Shown here in pieces: positions 1-8,088 of a DNA stretch of 17,201 nt (positions are counted from its first letter, which is position 1; every line of letters begins with the position of its first letter). Location: contig CAJWCD010000081.1 in the NCBI GenBank assembly GCA_913020725.1, forward strand, positions 1 through 17,201. Reading direction: 5' to 3'. The notes under the pieces were generated by a model, which was given only the letters and a program-made list of their open reading frames with translations, had not been told where the DNA came from and searched no databases. The DNA is from an uncultured Pseudomonadota bacterium (lineage in GTDB: Bacteria > SAR324 > NAC60-12). The translations under genes were made by a program, and so were the position numbers.

Positions 1-10
1 AAAACCTCAT
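1..10 (-). CDS. Probable start of a gene (MRF...) running off the left edge of the window
   Basis: The minus strand reads AGGAG-CAGGCG-ATG AGG TTT: an SD-like AGGAG (17-21) 6 nt before an ATG at 10. Only 3 codons are visible. Confidence 0.35.
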
Positions 11-73
11 CGCCTGCTCCTGCTTGGCTTTTCTCGAAAACGCCTTTCTGGAAAACCTAACACACCTCCAGAT

Positions 74-193
74 TCATTGAAAGGAAAAAGCCCAAGGACG
101 CGAAGGAGGGGAAAGCTCCAAAGAACCAGAGGCAGGAACAGTGAAAAGGAGGAAGGCAAACGCCAGCAGGAGCTTGCAGTGGATGTGTCTCAT
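74..193 (-). pseudogene. 39-aa signal-peptide-like ORF (MRHIHCKLLLAFAFLLFTVPASG...), probably a truncated gene for a secreted protein
   Basis: ATG at 193 is preceded by CAAGAGGCCCG. It has a basic N-region, hydrophobic core and PAS/ASG end, then a stop soon after. The leader and first codons resemble those of the 8267 gene. Confidence 0.4.
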
Positions 194-234
194 CGGGCCT
201 CTTGGGATGAAGCGTGGAAGAGGTATGCGGCAAG

Positions 235-263
235 AGTATTCCACAGTTTGAGCAAGGAAGCAA
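235..263 (-). promoter_or_regulatory. Putative sigma70-type promoter TTGCTT-N17-AATACT
   Basis: -35 at 263-258, 17-nt spacer, -10 at 240-235, about 42 nt upstream of the ATG at 193. Same geometry as the promoter at 8196-8224. Confidence 0.35.
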
Positions 264-370
264 GAGGCTTTGCGGGGCAAGGTCTGTCTATTGGGGGTTT
301 TCTTTCGGGCGCGGAAATCCGGGGAAAAAATTTCAAAAACAGTGAACCGCCCGGTCTGCGCTGAAACCAC

Positions 371-2233
371 TCAGGCAGTTTCCTCCAGATTGTGGAGCAG
401 CGCAGCGTAATCACCAGCTTGGGCCAGCAGCGCATCGTGGGTGCCGCGTTCGACAATCTCCCCTTGGCACATCACCAGAATCTGACTGGAATTGCGGATG
501 GTGCTGAGCCGGTGGGCAATGGCAATCACCGTCTTGTCCCGGAAGATGCGTTCAATCGCCTTCTGGATCAGCGCTTCGGTCACGGAATCCACGGAACTGG
601 TCGCCTCGTCCAAAACGATCATCTCGCTTTCACCTGCAATTGCCCGTGCAAACACCAGCAGCCGCGCCTCACCTGCCGAGATGTTACCCCCATTTTCCAG
701 CAAGCCGTAGTCGTACTGTCCGGGCAACCGCTCGATGAAGGCACTGGCATAGACATAATTTGCGGATTCCCGCACTTTGTCCGGAGTCACCTCCGGGCGG
801 TTGAGAGCGATGTTGAAGGCGATGGTTTCCTCAAACAACCAAGTGTCTTGCTGCATCATCGCCACCAGTCGATTGAGGTGCTTGCGTGCAATCCGGGAAA
901 GCTCGACTCCGTTGATTTGGATCGAACCCTGATAGTTGCCGTAGGTTCGGGTGAGTAAGCGGACGATGGTGGATTTTCCGGAACCCGTTGAGCCGACAAT
1001 AGCCATGCGGTCACCCTGCCGCACTGTGAACGACACTCCGCGTAGCACCCACGGGCCGTCCTCGCTGTAACGGAACCAGACCTCCCGGAATTCCAGTGAT
1101 TCAAACCGCATCAGCGTCTCAGCCTCTTCAGGGCGTTCCTCCGGAGTGTCCTGCGCCTCTGGCCGTTCGCGGAAGAGCCGATCAACATTCTCCAGCGAAG
1201 AAAGCGCCCGCTGGAAAACCGCAATCTGCTGGGTGAACTCACGGATGGGAATGAAGATGCGGTTGAGCGTGTTGATGAAACCCACCAGCGTGCCTACGCT
1301 CACCACGCCTTCGAGAATCTGCCCGGAGCCGTACCAGATCATGAATGCGAGCGCAACCGAGGTGATGCCCTCGATCACGGAAAACAGCGCAGCGTCGTAG
1401 AAGTTTGAGTAGGACTGTGCCTTGAAAAAGTGACGGGTTTTGGTTTCAAAGCGTCGTTGCGTTTTCCGCTCGGCAGCATAAAGCTGCACGGTCTTGACAC
1501 CATTGAGGCATTCCTGAAGGTAGCCCGTTGCCTCCGCAAGTGCTTCGCGGGTGAGGTTGTAGTAGTGCCGCAGCCGCGCCCGCAGAAAGTTGCTGAAGAG
1601 GTAGATCGGCGGCAGGATCAGCAGCACCACCAGCGTCAGTTTCCAGCTCAACGAAACCAGCAGAATCAGCAGTGCGATGGTCTTGAGCAGGTCCGTGAAG
1701 AGAGAAAGCACCCCCACGGCAAGGGATTCGTTGAGCGCCTCCATGTCGCTCGTCAGGCGCGTGAGGATCACGCCTAGGGGGTGGTGATCGAAGAAGGAGC
1801 GGGGCATCTGGAGAACGTGCGCGAACAACTCTTCACGCATCGCCGCAATCGACTTCTGTCCCGTGCGCTGAAACGCGAAGGTGTACACCGCATCGGCCAC
1901 ATAGCCGAGCAACACTGCACCGCCGAGCAGCAGCGCTTGCGAGTGGAGCTTGGAAAAATCGCCGGGAATCACGGAGTCATCAATGACCCGGATGATCATC
2001 CAAGGCAGGAAGAGCGTTGCGGCCACCCCGAAGGGCACAGCAGCAAAGCCGAGTGCGAGCCAGCGCCCGTGGGGTTTGACGTAGTGCAGAAAGCGCTGGA
2101 AAAGCTGCCAGTCGCTGATCTGGTGGTCGGTGGCTGGTGGCTGGTGGCTGGTGGGAGCGGTTCCCGTTCCTCCAGAGTTGGCCGCAGGAGGAGCGGAGGG
2201 AGCTTTGACCTGTGCTTCTCCGGGTGCGGACAT
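371..2233 (-). CDS. ABC exporter, fused TMD-NBD half transporter (MdlB/MsbA-like)
   Basis: 620 aa with an N-terminal multi-TM domain (RLTSD motif), Walker A GSTGSGKST, degenerate signature ISAGE, Walker B IVLDEATS and H-switch IAHRL. The start overlaps the upstream stop as TGATG. Confidence 0.93.
   Translation of the reverse strand: MSAPGEAQVKAPSAPPAANSGGTGTAPTSHQPPATDHQISDWQLFQRFLHYVKPHGRWLALGFAAVPFGVAATLFLPWMIIRVIDDSVIPGDFSKLHSQALLLGGAVLLGYVADAVYTFAFQRTGQKSIAAMREELFAHVLQMPRSFFDHHPLGVILTRLTSDMEALNESLAVGVLSLFTDLLKTIALLILLVSLSWKLTLVVLLILPPIYLFSNFLRARLRHYYNLTREALAEATGYLQECLNGVKTVQLYAAERKTQRRFETKTRHFFKAQSYSNFYDAALFSVIEGITSVALAFMIWYGSGQILEGVVSVGTLVGFINTLNRIFIPIREFTQQIAVFQRALSSLENVDRLFRERPEAQDTPEERPEEAETLMRFESLEFREVWFRYSEDGPWVLRGVSFTVRQGDRMAIVGSTGSGKSTIVRLLTRTYGNYQGSIQINGVELSRIARKHLNRLVAMMQQDTWLFEETIAFNIALNRPEVTPDKVRESANYVYASAFIERLPGQYDYGLLENGGNISAGEARLLVFARAIAGESEMIVLDEATSSVDSVTEALIQKAIERIFRDKTVIAIAHRLSTIRNSSQILVMCQGEIVERGTHDALLAQAGDYAALLHNLEETA
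2121..2155. repeat. Heptamer tandem repeat, 5 units of TGGTGGC (GCCACCA on the coding strand), inside the ABC exporter N-terminus
   Basis: TGGTGGT CGGTGGC TGGTGGC TGGTGGC TGGTGGG read directly; it encodes PTSHQPPATDHQ. Confidence 0.85.
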
Positions 2234-3522
2234 CAGCCGCCGATTTCCTTGAGCCGCTGCTGGACAGAGGCAAGCTCGACGCAGTTGACGAACACCTGCA
2301 TTGCCAGCTCAAGTTCCTCCACCGGCGGAAAGCTGGGAGCAATCCGGATGTTACAATCTTCCGGATCGCGGCGGTAGGGGAAGGTCGCACCCGCCGGAGT
2401 CAGTTTCACTCCAGCCTCACCAGCCATGCTGATGATCTTGGCGGCCAGTCCCGGCATCACGTCCACTGCAACGAAGTAACCGCCCTGCGGATTGCTCCAA
2501 GTGGCGAGTTCCTTGCCGCCCAGTCCGTCCTCAAGGCGCTGCTGGACCATTGCAAACTTGGGCCGCAGGATTTCGGCGTGGCGACGCATGTGCGCTTGCA
2601 GTCCGCCGAAATCCTTGAGGAAGTTGACATGTCGTTGCTGATTGAGCTTGTTCGGCCCAATCGTCATGATCGCAAGACGCTTGCGGAAGGTGTCGAGGTT
2701 GGGTTTCGAGCCACCTAAGAACGAGATGCCGCCTCCGGCGACCGTGATTTTTGAAGTGGACGCAATCTGCACCACGACATCCTCGGTGCCATAGTGGCGA
2801 CAGCGCTCCATGATGTTTGCCAGCGCGGGAGCTTGCTCAGGGTGCAGGTCGTGGGTTCCGTAGGCGTTGTCCCAAATCACCCGAAAGTTGGGGCCAGCCA
2901 TGCGTCCGAGGACAGCGATGCGGTCCACGACTTCGCTGGAGTAAACGTGTCCGGTGGGATTGGAGTATTTTGGCACACACCAGATGCCCTTGATGCTGGA
3001 ATCCTTGCTCACCAGTTCCTCGACCACGTCCATGTCCGGACCGTCCTCGGCAAACGGCGCGGTCACCATCTCGATGCCGATTTCCTCGCAAACACTGAAA
3101 TGGCGGTCGTATCCGGGCACGATGGCGATGAACTTCACATCCCCCTCGTCACGCCACGCGGTGCCTGCGCCCAGCGGGCCGAAGTGGTAAGCCCAGAGGA
3201 TGTAGAGGTACATCAGGGTGAGGCTGGCGTTGTCCGCCGCGATCACTTCGTTGGCGTGCAAACCGAGCATGGTAGCTCCGAGCTTGCGGGCTGCGGGAAT
3301 GCCGTTAAGTCCACCGTAGTTGCGGAGGTCCGTGCCATCTTCCAGAAAGCACTGCTCCAACAAGAGCGGCCCCATGCCGTTGGAGAGGTCAAGTTGTGCA
3401 GTCGAGGGCTTGCCTCGCGTGAGGTCGAGCTTGAGGTTGGCGTCTTGGAAGCGGCGGAAGGCTTCGGTGAGCTTGCGGGCTTCGGTGATGAGTTGGTCGC
3501 GGGTGTAGTCGTTGAGCGGCAC
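2233..3522 (-). CDS. PLP-dependent aminotransferase, fold type I, Rv3722c / actinobacterial aspartate aminotransferase-like family
   Basis: 429 aa, GTG start. Family motifs LDLTRGKP, RNYGGL, VPGYDRHF, CVPKYSNPTG, WDNAY, the PLP lysine in STSKIT, and NIRIAPSFP. Confidence 0.9.
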   Translation of the reverse strand: MPLNDYTRDQLITEARKLTEAFRRFQDANLKLDLTRGKPSTAQLDLSNGMGPLLLEQCFLEDGTDLRNYGGLNGIPAARKLGATMLGLHANEVIAADNASLTLMYLYILWAYHFGPLGAGTAWRDEGDVKFIAIVPGYDRHFSVCEEIGIEMVTAPFAEDGPDMDVVEELVSKDSSIKGIWCVPKYSNPTGHVYSSEVVDRIAVLGRMAGPNFRVIWDNAYGTHDLHPEQAPALANIMERCRHYGTEDVVVQIASTSKITVAGGGISFLGGSKPNLDTFRKRLAIMTIGPNKLNQQRHVNFLKDFGGLQAHMRRHAEILRPKFAMVQQRLEDGLGGKELATWSNPQGGYFVAVDVMPGLAAKIISMAGEAGVKLTPAGATFPYRRDPEDCNIRIAPSFPPVEELELAMQVFVNCVELASVQQRLKEIGG

Positions 3523-3550
3523 CGTGTTGCTTTAGAATCAAGGTCGTTGG

Positions 3551-3589
3551 AAAATCCGGAGTTGCGGCCTGGATGGCAACTCCGAGATT
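3551..3589 (-). terminator. Putative intrinsic terminator or RNA hairpin between the hydrolase and aminotransferase genes
   Basis: Perfect 9-bp stem CGGAGTTGC (3557-3565) / GCAACTCCG (3576-3584), extendable by AATC/GATT with one bulge. 10-nt loop, followed by a short T-tract (GATTTT) on the minus strand. Confidence 0.55.
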
Positions 3590-3624
3590 AAGAACGGTTC
3601 AGTTTATAAAATTCCCCGGAGAAA

Positions 3625-4500
3625 TCAATCCGGGATTGCATCGGTCTGGATCAGTTCCAGCAGCGTTTTGCAGAGCGGACCTCCGGCGCCGCGAAAATCG
3701 TGGACTACGTTGAAGTGGTTGCGGTCGGGCACAGGCAGGAAGGTTGCGGGCACACCGTGTTCCCGGAGCCGGTCCACATAATCCCGTGACTGCCTTTGGA
3801 ACTCGGCGGATTCCTCTCCACCGACGGCAACGATGGTCGGCACCGGATGGGGTGGCAAGTTTGACAACGGGCTACACCGTCGCACCTGATCCCAGGTGAT
3901 TTGCAGCTTGGGCTGAAGCCAACTGTACGGAAAGGGCGCGAGGTCGAAGAGTCCGCTGATCGGCAGGGCGCCCTTGATCACATCCGCTGGTAGTCCGTAA
4001 TCGGCGACCCACGGAGTCGCCAGCAGCATCCCCGTGAGGTGCCCGCCCGCCGAGTGTCCGGAGACCGTGATCCGTGCTGGATCGCCACCGTATTCGGTGA
4101 TGTTCCGGAACGTCCACGCCACCGCAGCACGGCACTGCCGGACGATTTCCTCAATCGTCACCTGCGGGCAAAGCGCGTAATTCACCAACACCGCTGTGAC
4201 GCCGTTGGCCACCAATGCTTCCGCGACAAAGGCGTGAGCGCGGCTGGAGAAGGAATGCCAGTAGCCGCCGTGGATGAAAACATGCACCGGACTCCCGGAT
4301 TCCGCCGCTGGGAAAATGTCCACCACTTCTGCGAGTGTCGGGCCGAAGGCGATTCCTGCTTGGTTTTTCAACATGGTGCGCACCCGTTCGCTTTCGCTGA
4401 GGTACTCTGCCAGCAGTTCGCTGGTTTCCGGAACCAAGAACCGAGGGTTGTATTCCTCGAACAATTCGTCTTCGGTTGTGAAATCTCGGTAAAGCCGCAT
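3625..4500 (-). CDS. Alpha/beta hydrolase, arylformamidase (kynurenine formamidase)-like / HSL-type esterase
   Basis: HGGYW oxyanion motif, NYALCP, GHSAGGH nucleophile elbow, ISGLFDL, ESAEF and NHF (catalytic His). Start placed at ATG 4500 (or 4503) after GGAGGT rather than the GTG at 4539. Confidence 0.85.
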   Translation of the reverse strand: MRLYRDFTTEDELFEEYNPRFLVPETSELLAEYLSESERVRTMLKNQAGIAFGPTLAEVVDIFPAAESGSPVHVFIHGGYWHSFSSRAHAFVAEALVANGVTAVLVNYALCPQVTIEEIVRQCRAAVAWTFRNITEYGGDPARITVSGHSAGGHLTGMLLATPWVADYGLPADVIKGALPISGLFDLAPFPYSWLQPKLQITWDQVRRCSPLSNLPPHPVPTIVAVGGEESAEFQRQSRDYVDRLREHGVPATFLPVPDRNHFNVVHDFRGAGGPLCKTLLELIQTDAIPD

Positions 4501-4548
4501 CATGACCTCCAAATTAATCGTGCCCGCACAGTGTAGCACAGGTGGTGT

Positions 4549-5823
4549 CTATTCCCGAACGGTGTTCGTCACTGACAGATTTCTCCCGCCTTCGTTCATT
4601 TTGTCATCGAAGCCATGACGCGAGGTTGCCTCCGGGGCCGCAGTCGCTTGTAGGGAAACGGTGAAGCACGCAAGCACCGCAAGCAGCGCGAGTCCTCCGG
4701 CAAGCAGGAAGGCGTTGCTGAAGTAGAAACTGGCGACCCAGCCTGCCAGCACCGCGCCGAATGCGCCGATACCGTCCATCAGGGAAAAGGCAAATCCAAG
4801 CGTGGCTCCCTCGCGGCTTCCCGCGTACTCAACCGCGCCCGCAAGAATCACAGAACGCACGCATTCTAGCAAAGCCACACCGATCAACAAAGCGCCCAAG
4901 ATGGCGAAGAACCAGCCTTCCTGCTCAAAATATCTCACTGAAAACGCGGCTATCGCTGCGAGTCCGTTGCCAAGGACGATCACCTTGCGCCGCCCCACTC
5001 GGTCTGAAAGCCTGCCGATGAAGGGTTGGCCCACCGCTCCAGCCAGCACCATCACTGCGTAGGCGATTCCAGTTTCGGAGGAGGAGAGGCCGTGAAACTC
5101 CTGCAAGTAGAGCGGGATCATGCTGATCATTGCGACAAGGGCCATGTGGTAGGTGCTGATCATGGCGATGATCCGGAGTCCTCTGCCGTTGAACCACGTC
5201 TGTGCCAACGCCGAAAAATCCGCTCGCGACACCTTGCCCGTCGTTTGTTGAACAGGAATCCACTTGGCAATCACAAAAAACGCCACGCCCATCAAGGCGC
5301 CGGGCAGCGCGATGATTTGCAGCGTCTGCCGCCAGTCAATGATGGTCAGCAGAAAGCCGACCAAGAGCGGGCCGATCACTCCGGAAAGCGTGCCTCCAAT
5401 CGCGTGGATGCCCAACGCTTGGGCGCGACGCTGCGGATCATTCTGCACCAAAATCGTTGTCGCGAGCGGATGCCACGCCGCATCCCCAAATCCGGCAAGC
5501 GCCAGCAGCACCGCCAACCACCAAAATCCCGGAGCAAACGAGGCGAACCAATGTCCCACCGCGACCCACCAGAAGGTGATCAACATGAGCCGCCCCCGGT
5601 TGCTCACCACATCGGCGAGCATCCCCGATGGAAGAAACCCCAAAGCCGCGCCCCAGCTTTGGATGGCGATCAGCAGTCCCACCTCCGTGGTTGAAAGCTC
5701 CAAGTCCAGTGCAATCGCCGGAGCCAGCATCAGCACGGAAACTGGAGCGAGGTCGTTGGCAAAATGCCCTGCGGCAAAAGGCAGCAGCAACGAACGCGGA
5801 CGGCGGTTCATATTTTGGAACAT
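4549..5823 (-). CDS. MFS transporter (Fsr-like)
   Basis: About 12 hydrophobic segments, GHFAND in TM1, WHP, and the MFS motif-A-like GRLSDRVGRR. Start placed at ATG 5823 (or 5811) to avoid overlapping the upstream gene. Confidence 0.88.
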   Translation of the reverse strand: MFQNMNRRPRSLLLPFAAGHFANDLAPVSVLMLAPAIALDLELSTTEVGLLIAIQSWGAALGFLPSGMLADVVSNRGRLMLITFWWVAVGHWFASFAPGFWWLAVLLALAGFGDAAWHPLATTILVQNDPQRRAQALGIHAIGGTLSGVIGPLLVGFLLTIIDWRQTLQIIALPGALMGVAFFVIAKWIPVQQTTGKVSRADFSALAQTWFNGRGLRIIAMISTYHMALVAMISMIPLYLQEFHGLSSSETGIAYAVMVLAGAVGQPFIGRLSDRVGRRKVIVLGNGLAAIAAFSVRYFEQEGWFFAILGALLIGVALLECVRSVILAGAVEYAGSREGATLGFAFSLMDGIGAFGAVLAGWVASFYFSNAFLLAGGLALLAVLACFTVSLQATAAPEATSRHGFDDKMNEGGRNLSVTNTVRE

Positions 5824-5842
5824 TCCGGAGGTGCTTGGAATT

Positions 5843-6670
5843 TCATCGGGCAAGTGCGAGCTTCCGGAGTCGCTGACCAAAGATTCCCATCAGCAGTCCC
5901 ATCAGCAGCGAGGAGGCAATCGCCAATCCCCACGCTTGCAACCCGGACAACCCGCCAATATTCGGAGTTGCAGCCAAGTGCAACACGAGGCAGAAACTGG
6001 CGTAAGTGGGTACGGTGAGTTGGGCAGACTGGATGGTTGCCGCAGAAAATTCCAACCCGTATAGGTGGCTCAACATCCACGAAGTTGCAACAAAGGTAAT
6101 CGGAAAACTGAAGGCAATGCCCGTCAAATCCGGGCCAAGGAACTTTGCAGTTGCGGCAATGCTTGCGACCGCGAGACCACCTGTGGTCGCACGGATCAAC
6201 GACAGCATCCACCCGGAAGTTTGTTTGTCCGGCTTGGAGAACACATCGAGTTTGCGCCGCAGAGAAACACCAATGACGGCTCCTGCAGCAATGGACATCA
6301 GCGCGTTCGGCAAGGATGCCGATAGCAAACTGACCAACCACGCTGCTATGCCCCAACTGCAACTTGCGATCAGCACGCAGGTCCAGTATCCGCAGCGGCG
6401 CGTTGCCTGCACATAAACTCCCGTGTACACCAGCACCCCGGCAACCGTGGCAAAGCTCATCAGCGCACCTTGAGCGATAAATTCCGGAGGAACTTCAAGA
6501 GCGATGAAGAAATAGCCCGGTCCGGCGTTCATCGGCAGCGTCAAGAAAATGCTCGCCATAAACGGTCCGGAACGCTCAGCAACCTTTGAAATCAGGAGCA
6601 GGACGAAGATGGTCGCCCCGGCTTTCCAAAGAAAATGTCCCAGCATTTCTAGGACTGTGGTCAGTTCCAA
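5843..6670 (-). CDS. Uncharacterised polytopic membrane protein with an internal two-fold repeat
   Basis: 275 aa, highly hydrophobic (about 9-10 TM). The halves share GP-x(3)-[SG]-I-x(3)-[LF]P (SGPFMASIFLTLP / LGPDLTGIAFSFP). Start is TTG 6670 or ATG 6646. Confidence 0.75.
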   Translation of the reverse strand: MELTTVLEMLGHFLWKAGATIFVLLLISKVAERSGPFMASIFLTLPMNAGPGYFFIALEVPPEFIAQGALMSFATVAGVLVYTGVYVQATRRCGYWTCVLIASCSWGIAAWLVSLLSASLPNALMSIAAGAVIGVSLRRKLDVFSKPDKQTSGWMLSLIRATTGGLAVASIAATAKFLGPDLTGIAFSFPITFVATSWMLSHLYGLEFSAATIQSAQLTVPTYASFCLVLHLAATPNIGGLSGLQAWGLAIASSLLMGLLMGIFGQRLRKLALAR

Positions 6671-6782
6671 AAGTTGATCGCGTGGTCAGATTGGTTTATT
6701 CTTGCTTCTCTAGTCAAGCCGATCACGCTGTTTTCGCAAGCCCTTTTCTCTTCAAGTCACTTTTTCCGATTCCAAAATCACC

Positions 6783-8081
6783 ATGAAACTGGACACTGTT
6801 TTTCAGGAAATCCTCAGCCCAGAGTTCAAAGGCTTTCCCTACGACGCAGAACCGCTGCGACTGGACGCATTGGGCTGTCAGGGCTGGAACCTGCTGCGGG
6901 GCGATTTACCGTTGCCGGTCGCGGTGCTGAAGGATTCCGCACTCCGGAACAATAGCGCGTGGATGCGTCGTTTCACCGAACATTTCGGAGTCCGGATTGC
7001 ACCGCACGGCAAAACCACAATGGCCCCGCAGCTTTTCCAGCAGCAGTTGCAGGACGGCGCGTGGGGCATCACCGTTGCGAATGTCCACCAACTCCGGATG
7101 TGCCGGAAGTGGGGAGTATCGCGGGTGCTGATCGCCAATCAGGTGGTGGGTCCGCAGGAATTGCGCGGGATGATGACCGAACTCCGGGAGTCGCCGGAAT
7201 TGGAGGTCTTCTGCCTCGTTGATTCCGTGGTGAACGTGCGTCAACTTGCCGAAGCAGCAACAGTGGCGAAGCTGGAACACCCGCTGCTGCTCCTGCTTGA
7301 ACTTGGTGTTGCCAAGGGACGCACCGGTTGCCGCACCGAAACCGAAGCCTTGGCGGTGGCCCGTGCCGTCAAGAACGCTGCACCACGTTTGCACCTGCGC
7401 GGTGTGGAGGGTTTCGAAGGTTTACTCAAAGGCCGTCCGGACGCGGAAGCGCAGGTGCAGGAATTTCTGCAACGCATCAATCAGGTGGCCGAACACTGTG
7501 CCACCGAAGGTTTGTTTGCAGAAGGTCCTGTGATCCTCACCGCCGGTGGTTCCGATTTCTACGATCTCGTGGTCCAGCAGCTCGAAAGCCCGTCCGGCGC
7601 GCACGAGGTGCTGCGTGTGATCCGCAGCGGTTGCTACCTCACGCACGATTCTGAATACTACCAAAAAATGTTTCGCCGCATCTGCAAACGCAGTCCACAG
7701 GTGAACGACGTGGGTGGTGGCCTACAACCCGCCTTGCAGGTCTGGGGCGCGGTGCAGTCGCTTCCAGAACCCGGACTTGCCATCGTCACCGCAGGCAAAC
7801 GTGATCTCTCCTACGACGTCGCCCTGCCCGTGCCGGAACTGCACCATCGGCTTGGCTCCACGCAGCCTCCAAGTGCGCTCGATGACGGACGCTTCCAAGT
7901 GACCGCCCTCAACGACCAGCACGCCTACCTCACGATTCCGGAGGATGCGGATTGGCAAGTCGGCGACCTCGTGGGACTCGGCATCTCGCACCCCTGCACC
8001 ACCTTCGACAAGTGGCGGCTACTCTACTTGGTTGATGACGACTGGAACGTCAGCGGCGGCATCCGGACCTACCTCGCCTGA
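6783..8081 (+). CDS. Fold-type III PLP enzyme, D-serine dehydratase-like / amino-acid deaminase family (alanine-racemase-like barrel)
   Basis: 432 aa; PLP lysine in APHGKTTMAPQLF, plus GRTGCR, TAGGS, RSGCYLTHD, GKRD, LNDQH and GISHPCTTFDKW. Confidence 0.9.
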   Translation: MKLDTVFQEILSPEFKGFPYDAEPLRLDALGCQGWNLLRGDLPLPVAVLKDSALRNNSAWMRRFTEHFGVRIAPHGKTTMAPQLFQQQLQDGAWGITVANVHQLRMCRKWGVSRVLIANQVVGPQELRGMMTELRESPELEVFCLVDSVVNVRQLAEAATVAKLEHPLLLLLELGVAKGRTGCRTETEALAVARAVKNAAPRLHLRGVEGFEGLLKGRPDAEAQVQEFLQRINQVAEHCATEGLFAEGPVILTAGGSDFYDLVVQQLESPSGAHEVLRVIRSGCYLTHDSEYYQKMFRRICKRSPQVNDVGGGLQPALQVWGAVQSLPEPGLAIVTAGKRDLSYDVALPVPELHHRLGSTQPPSALDDGRFQVTALNDQHAYLTIPEDADWQVGDLVGLGISHPCTTFDKWRLLYLVDDDWNVSGGIRTYLA

Positions 8082-8088
8082 CGCTGTC

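Noticed and set aside
77..364. 95-aa plus-strand ORF
   Set aside because: TTG start, low-complexity basic product and no motif. It lies antisense to better-supported minus-strand signals.
5885..5908. 12-bp tandem duplication TCCCATCAGCAG x2
   Set aside because: In-frame, two copies only, encoding LLMG-LLMG in a TM helix; no wider significance evident.
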